29,559 bases of DNA from a virus (lineage: Duplodnaviria; Caudoviricetes): positions 1 to 29,559 of IMG/VR virus record IMGVR_UViG_3300043642_000042; one strand, written 5' to 3'. The notes under the pieces were generated by a model. It was not told where the DNA came from. It saw only the letters and a program-made list of their open reading frames with translations, and searched no databases. The position numbers and the translations under genes are program-made. This document shows, piece by piece, positions 24,487-29,559 of this stretch. Numbering within the stretch: the first letter of the stretch is position 1; every line of letters starts with the position of its first letter.

Positions 24487-25026
24487 TCAGTAGCCGACGA
24501 TCACGCGATCAGTGCAAGTGCCGGCCGTGGCAACGTCATTTTTTTCAAAGAAAGAGACGGCCAATTGCGGCAAGCGAACGGGCGCGCCGAGCGTTCCACT
24601 GGTGACGGTGGGAGCAAGTTCAGTAGCGAGGTATGCCTGCTGCGCACCGGACGCAATGTTGGTGGCAATGGTGTAGCTGTTATAGACGATGAAATTCGGG
24701 TTCGACTGCCCCTGGTCGTCCGCGGTATAGACGGTCATGACCAGGTCAAAGTTCTGCGTACAGGAGGCGAAGACGGTCATCTTAGTGGCGTCGCCGATGC
24801 GAATAATACTGGTGTTGGGCGTAGCGCCGCCGATCGAGGCGGGCAGAGCAACGCCGCTGTGCGCCAGGTCCGTGGGAGAGTAAACCAGATGAGGCATGGG
24901 ACGCGGCAGCAACGGCCTGCCGTTTTTATCCAGTTCAGGGAATTGGCTGGAGGTTTGGGAAAAAACAAAAAGCGTGGTGACACAGAGCAGGGCGAGAAGG
25001 GCGAGCGATGCGGTTTTCTTGTTCAT
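24487..25026 (-). CDS. Exported beta-rich hypothetical protein (179 aa)
   Basis: GGAGAT RBS; signal-peptide-like MNKKTASLALLALLCVTTLFVFS-Q; two Cys in the mature part. Confidence 0.8.
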   Translation of the reverse strand: MNKKTASLALLALLCVTTLFVFSQTSSQFPELDKNGRPLLPRPMPHLVYSPTDLAHSGVALPASIGGATPNTSIIRIGDATKMTVFASCTQNFDLVMTVYTADDQGQSNPNFIVYNSYTIATNIASGAQQAYLATELAPTVTSGTLGAPVRLPQLAVSFFEKNDVATAGTCTDRVIVGY

Positions 25027-25116
25027 AAATTTATCTCCATTAGTCATTAGGTTGCAGCGGCTCGAGCGCTACGGATGAAGCTTTACATTGTGATTTTTCA
25101 GAAACTGAAATACATA

Positions 25117-25172
25117 GGTCCTTCGACTCGCCCTCAGTCGCGATGCTTCCTCGGGCATCGCTCAGGATGACA
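25117..25172. repeat. REP-like element
   Basis: GGTCCTTCGACTC ... TCGCTCAGGATGACA with an internal CGATGC/GCATCG stem; inverse of the 2794-2866 type. Confidence 0.75.
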
Positions 25173-25275
25173 AAGCAATTGGATATCGCATGCATCTTTA
25201 ATTGGGCTCACGCGATGCTGCAGCGGAGCCGGTCACCGAACTCGAGGCTATCCGGAGCGTTCACAAAAATATGTC

Positions 25276-25533
25276 TTATGGTCTCCCCAGAGACTCGATC
25301 TCAGCCGGCGTTACAGCCTCAAAAGGAGAGAATGCGGACGAACTGGAACGCAATGCTATACGGGAACGCCTTTTCCTCTTCTTTAACATGGGAAAAGGAT
25401 AGAGTACGCAAAAGCAGTCCACGCAGAGCGATCGGGAGAGTTCCGATACCGAACGCCGCTCGTCAGAGTTGAGGGGCGCATTACATTCTTCACAGCGTGG
25501 CGGACCGACACGGCCGTTATGATCGTGTGCCAT
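25276..25533 (-). CDS. Small CxxC..CxxC (zinc-finger-like) basic protein (85 aa)
   Basis: GAGGTG RBS; CEEC and CVDC motifs, followed by KKRKRRSR. Confidence 0.65.
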   Translation of the reverse strand: MAHDHNGRVGPPRCEECNAPLNSDERRSVSELSRSLCVDCFCVLYPFPMLKKRKRRSRIALRSSSSAFSPFEAVTPAEIESLGRP

Positions 25534-25544
25534 AGAAACACCTC

Positions 25545-26030
25545 TACGCCGGACGCAGACCGGCGAACAGCAGGAGCGGCCTGAGACGGCAGATTTATTT
25601 GTTAGTGGTTGAGACAGCTGACTTGAAGCGGTACTTGGTACTTGGTCTTGAGGGTCTTTTACTTATTCAGGTATTGAATCCAGCAGTTTATGTCTGCAGG
25701 CTCTACTTACAGATCTACAGATCTACAGATCTACAGATCTACAGGATCGCTGATCGACTTGAGCTTGATTTGCAGGGCCGTTTCGACGGTTTTTGGGAAC
25801 CTATCATTCTGCGATGGAGCGAGAACCCTAATCTACGGGATCTTTTGCTCTGCTCCCGATGTGAGCGCGCATTGCTGCCGAGGCAGCGAATACAGCCACA
25901 AGTGAAAGCCCAGAATGAGGTTCCCTCAGCAGACGCATACGGTACGCCGGCATCGGAAAGGTTGCAGGCCGTTGGATTAAGCCGGCGCCGCTCCCGGCTA
26001 TGCAGAACCAACTTCCGCCCTGCATAGACA
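25545..26030 (-). ncRNA. Candidate structured non-coding RNA / long 5' leader (family not recognised)
   Basis: No credible ORF. Several stems, including 25795-25811 with 25911-25925, 25945-25951 with 25981-25987, and 25998-26005 with 26020-26027. A weak promoter-like TTGACT-18-TATAAG lies upstream on the minus strand. Confidence 0.45.
25708..25744. repeat. Octamer tandem repeat (TACAGATC) x4.6
   Basis: Read directly from the sequence; every full unit contains GATC. Confidence 0.95.
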
Positions 26031-26115
26031 TCTTATACGACAGATCACTTTCCAAAGTCAATAGCAAAAATCATTTTTATCGATTTTTTCTCTAATATCC
26101 GCGTATTATCGGACA

Positions 26116-26160
26116 TGTCAAGTGTTGACAATTATTTAGACATCACTTAGACTTTAGACA
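26116..26160 (+). promoter_or_regulatory. Sigma70-type promoter with operator-like repeats
   Basis: TTGACA (26125-30), 17 nt, TAGACT (26148-53); palindrome TGTCAA-gtg-TTGACA; TTAGAC three times (26136, 26147, 26154). Confidence 0.75.
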
Positions 26161-26163
26161 CTT

Positions 26164-26568
26164 ATGGCGCGCGAAACATACAAGCAGGCTTACGCGACAG
26201 CAAAACTCGATCTGCTGCAACAGCTGCAAAAACGAGATGACCTGGAGCAGAAGATCCGCAAGCTGAAACAGACAGTCAAAGCCCTGGGCGAACTGTGCGG
26301 CGCCGCCCCGGAGGAGATCGACAAGTTGCTTCTGGCCGAGGGCTTCGCGATTGAAGCCAAGCCGGGTTTTACCGAATCCATCCGGCGGCTGTTCCGCATA
26401 CACCAGACCGCGCTAAGCCCAATCGATGTCCGCGATGACCTGGTAAAGATGGGGATCGGCGTGGGCCAGGTAAATCTGTTGTCGTCCATTCATACAGTTT
26501 TGCGCCGCATGGCGGAAGCCGGCGAAATCGAGAAGACCGGCGATGCAAAATTTCAGTTGCCGGGGTGA
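26164..26568 (+). CDS. Putative DNA-binding regulator (coiled coil + winged helix)
   Basis: N-terminal heptads; C-terminal FTESIRRLF..LSPIDVRDDL..SIHTVLRRMAEAGEIEK wHTH-like pattern. Confidence 0.75.
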   Translation: MARETYKQAYATAKLDLLQQLQKRDDLEQKIRKLKQTVKALGELCGAAPEEIDKLLLAEGFAIEAKPGFTESIRRLFRIHQTALSPIDVRDDLVKMGIGVGQVNLLSSIHTVLRRMAEAGEIEKTGDAKFQLPG

Positions 26569-26570
26569 TT

Positions 26571-28502
26571 TTATGTCTCTCCTCGGGCTTGGTCCGCCGC
26601 TTCTTGTCCTTGTGCCGTCGTTCTCGAAATTACCTCCGGCTCATGGCGATTCAAGAACAACAGATCCAATCGCTCAATCTCACTGCGTGCCCACAAGGCA
26701 TGAGGTTCGTTTTCAAATCTGCTCCATCGCAGCGCAGCGTCGTTGAGCGCCGCGCGGATTTGTGGATACTGTTTTGGGTTGCACTCGATATGGCTGCCCT
26801 GAACAACGGCGGCGATGACATTCCGGGTAAGTGCGCTTTCTTCTATTGTGTCTACCGAACCTGACGGAGGACGCGCAATCTTGCGCGCCGTCTGAGATTC
26901 ACGAACTTCTCCATTCGCCTGCTGGCGATAGAATTCAACAATGCCGCCGCCGAGACGGCTGCGCATATAAATGAGCGCCTGCGAAGTTGCGTCCATATCG
27001 TCATCATGCGCGGCCTTGGGAAACGTGCAAATGTTGTGCAGGTAATCTTCAACCCAGTTGCAGCCAAAAATCTGCGGATCTGGAAGTTCAATGCTGCCGG
27101 ATTCCCAGAGCGGCGAGGTGGCCTGGGCTCGGGCAAGCTTGCCGCCTTCAGGATTTACGGCTACGACGCCGGCAATTTCTTTCCGCAATTCACTGATAAC
27201 GGCCGGACCGTTGGCCTTGTCTTCAATCAGCACGGCGTGGGCCTGGGGAAACTTGCCGTGGCAGGCTTTGATGGCGGCCATGGTGGGGCCGAAATCCAGA
27301 CGGTCATAGGTGCGATACGGCAGCATGAAATATTTTCCGCCAGAGCGCCCCCAGACCTGCCCGGCAACAAAGTCATTCTCCTGGCCGCCGCTGAAGGTGC
27401 AATCCCAGGACTGAACCATGAATTCAAACTTCTCCGGCATCTGGCGATAGAAGCGCACCCACTGGCGCTTGATAATGCCGCCATCGAGCGGAGCGGGCGT
27501 TTGCTGGTATTGTCCGTTGAAGGCCCAGCTACCCATGCCGACGCGCTGGCTATCGAGAAAAGATTGCGGCAGCCGCGCGGACCAGAGAAGGTCACCCTCT
27601 TTCTGGTTTTTAACTTTCTTCGTTACAGGAAATTCCCATGGCTGATGTTTCTGGGCGATCGCCGGCAGACTGATATGCTTCCAGCGGCTGCTCTCACGAG
27701 CGAGCACATGGCCGGTGAGATCAAGTTCATGCAGACGCTGCATAATAATGATCTTGACGCCGGTGGCTGGATCATTGATGCGGCTGCGAAAAGTGGTGTC
27801 AAAACGCAGGTTGACGGCTTCCCTTTCCACATGGCTGATGGCCTGCTCAGGGTTGAGCGGGTCGTCAAAGATAAGGATGTCACCACCCATGCCCGTGGCT
27901 GTGGCCTGCATGCCGGTGGAGAACATGGCGCCGCGCGCAGAATTTTCATAATGGCTTTTGACGTTCTGATCACGCGAGAGCGTGAAGACGCTGCTCCACT
28001 CTTTCTGGTACCAATCTGACTCAATGATGCTGCGACGGAAGATGCTGTGCTGTGTGCTGAGCTTTTCAGAGTACGAAACGAACATGAAGCGACGCGACGG
28101 ATCGGTGGTCCAAACCCAAATGGGAAAGAAAACCGTGATCAGCAGGCTCTTCATGGTCCGTGGGGGAACATTGAAGATGATGCCTTCAAGATCGCCACAA
28201 ACGCTTTTGAAGTCCTCGTCACGGATCAGCGTGAGGTATTCACAGATGAGATCAAGATGCCAGTTCCAGACGAGAGAACTGACAGGCTCAAGAATGCGCC
28301 AAGCTTCGTGGACAAAGGCTTTCAGCGTGAGCTTAAGAACTTCGCTTTTCGTTGTCACTGTAGGCGAACCGGCGGCCTCATGATCGGCATTGTCAGCCAA
28401 GGCGGACGAAGAATTTTCCGTTGCTCGCAATTGGCGTGCGCTACTGGAGCCACGTCTTTTCTTGCGGCCCGTCATTGCCCCGCGTTTGCTGGGTTTAGTC
28501 AT
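26571..28502 (-). CDS. terL: Terminase large subunit
   Basis: Walker A-like NVPPRTMKS, Walker B DILIFDDP, IIIMQRLHE, YQQTP, and nuclease motifs QSWD, IEDKANG and HDDDMDATSQAL. Confidence 0.96.
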   Translation of the reverse strand: MTKPSKRGAMTGRKKRRGSSSARQLRATENSSSALADNADHEAAGSPTVTTKSEVLKLTLKAFVHEAWRILEPVSSLVWNWHLDLICEYLTLIRDEDFKSVCGDLEGIIFNVPPRTMKSLLITVFFPIWVWTTDPSRRFMFVSYSEKLSTQHSIFRRSIIESDWYQKEWSSVFTLSRDQNVKSHYENSARGAMFSTGMQATATGMGGDILIFDDPLNPEQAISHVEREAVNLRFDTTFRSRINDPATGVKIIIMQRLHELDLTGHVLARESSRWKHISLPAIAQKHQPWEFPVTKKVKNQKEGDLLWSARLPQSFLDSQRVGMGSWAFNGQYQQTPAPLDGGIIKRQWVRFYRQMPEKFEFMVQSWDCTFSGGQENDFVAGQVWGRSGGKYFMLPYRTYDRLDFGPTMAAIKACHGKFPQAHAVLIEDKANGPAVISELRKEIAGVVAVNPEGGKLARAQATSPLWESGSIELPDPQIFGCNWVEDYLHNICTFPKAAHDDDMDATSQALIYMRSRLGGGIVEFYRQQANGEVRESQTARKIARPPSGSVDTIEESALTRNVIAAVVQGSHIECNPKQYPQIRAALNDAALRWSRFENEPHALWARSEIERLDLLFLNRHEPEVISRTTAQGQEAADQARGET

Positions 28503-29083
28503 CGGTTTCTTTCCTCAAATGCCACGGAGTACATCTGCTGATTCTCGATGTACCCGGCCTGACCTTCAGTTTCATCTTCAGCTTCGAGGCCAACTTCAGT
28601 TTCGCCTTGGATATAAGTGATGCCTGCGACGTTTTTCCGCCAGCCGACGTAGAGCGCCGTCTTGACAAGATGAGAGCCTGCAACGTACTCCCAGATGGCG
28701 GTGCCATTGATGTTGCAACTGGTATCACGCAAATAAGTAATCTTGGCGAAGGTGAGCTGCAAAGCACGGTTCTGATGAATGAACTGCGCCATTCCGTCCC
28801 TGACGAGCCCGATGGCAGAGACGACCCGTACAGCAAAAGCGGGCGGCGCGGGATAAGCACGCTCACAGTCGGCAGTTTTGCCCTGGAGGCAATCCTTGCA
28901 GGGATTCGACCGGCAATAAGCGTGAATCGCGCATGTGTGGCACGGATAACCCAGAATGCAGGAAGAAAACAACGTGGGCTGGTGCATTCGATATACGGGT
29001 ACAAGAAGCTGCGACACTGGATATTCCCTCGCATGGTAAAGAACATTGCTGATCTTGGTTTGTGCGGCGTGCCACTTTGACAA
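28499..29083 (-). CDS. Cys-rich hypothetical protein coupled to terL
   Basis: ATGA overlap with terL; CHTC..HAYC..CKDC..C cluster; acidic C-terminus; start codon uncertain (TTG). Confidence 0.65.
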   Translation of the reverse strand: MSKWHAAQTKISNVLYHAREYPVSQLLVPVYRMHQPTLFSSCILGYPCHTCAIHAYCRSNPCKDCLQGKTADCERAYPAPPAFAVRVVSAIGLVRDGMAQFIHQNRALQLTFAKITYLRDTSCNINGTAIWEYVAGSHLVKTALYVGWRKNVAGITYIQGETEVGLEAEDETEGQAGYIENQQMYSVAFEERNR

Positions 29084-29151
29084 AGTCGCCCTTCTGCGGA
29101 AAACGCGGAATGACGTCGCACAGGAATCGCCGCGATGCTTGTTGAATCTCT

Positions 29152-29559
29152 TCAGGAACTATTGGTTTCAGGTTCGATCGGCTGGCCCCAGCGCGTTGGC
29201 TCAATGCCATGAACCTCATGAAACGGAAGATTTCTTTTCGTGAATCCGGAGCCGAGCAGGACGAAGCTGCACTCTTGCCCACATTCCGGGCAAGCCACTG
29301 CGCTGTGCGTCGGTAGTTCTGTAATTGCCTGCCGGACAGCGCCACAGTGCGAGCACCGCAGAGCGATATAGATACAGGAGCGCAGAGCGGCCTGGTCGGT
29401 GGAGGATGGCCGGAAAGAACATTGCCAGCGATCGCCCGACACGGACGGGCGCAGTGAGCCGAGCTGCGTGGAAGCTGATAACGAATCATGATCGAAAGGC
29501 ATTTTCTTTTTCTCTTGTACGGCGGAAAAGACTTGAGTTTGGTTGAGCTCTGTTGTCAT
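29152..29559 (-). CDS. Zinc-ribbon hypothetical protein
   Basis: CSHC-x17-CPEC; start at the window edge, so uncertain. Confidence 0.65.
   Translation of the reverse strand: MTTELNQTQVFSAVQEKKKMPFDHDSLSASTQLGSLRPSVSGDRWQCSFRPSSTDQAALRSCIYIALRCSHCGAVRQAITELPTHSAVACPECGQECSFVLLGSGFTKRNLPFHEVHGIEPTRWGQPIEPETNSS

Larger units (their letters stand above)
1..29559 (-). mobile_element. Prophage or domesticated phage-derived (GTA-like) head-tail cluster; boundaries not determined
   Basis: Co-oriented terminase, portal, protease, capsid, connector, tail tube, chaperone, tape measure, baseplate and fiber genes in canonical order, plus a holin-like gene and a tyrosine recombinase. No att repeats were identified in the window. 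Confidence 0.9.

Noticed and set aside
25599-26067. Short ORFs on both strands as a replication initiator remnant
   Set aside because: No RBS or motifs, the frames disagree, and the 8-bp repeat period breaks coding.

Overview
The window is a siphovirus-like prophage or phage-derived morphogenesis cluster, read almost entirely on the minus strand. From right to left it holds two Cys-rich hypothetical genes, the large terminase, a divergent winged-helix regulator, a ~490-nt structured non-coding stretch, two small genes, a tandem structured repeat, then portal, prohead protease/scaffold, major capsid, head-tail joining genes, tail tube, G/GT chaperones with a -1 slippery site, and tape measure. 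A DUF2460 / DUF2163 / NlpC-P60 / large tail protein module follows, in the same family order as RcGTA g12-g15. After it come a tail-fiber-like protein with a Sec signal peptide, a small membrane ORF, an HNH nuclease, a holin-like/lipoprotein fusion and a tyrosine recombinase with a non-canonical catalytic motif. Plus-strand cargo genes sit between the backbone genes, and many intergenic gaps carry REP/MITE-like palindromes. Their style suggests an Acidobacteriota host, which is an inference. No endolysin, recognisable small terminase, replication gene or CI-type repressor is visible. The main hypothesis is a long-resident, possibly domesticated (GTA-like) particle system with exported virion-like proteins and RNA-level control. 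All family assignments come from motif recognition by eye, not from database searches.
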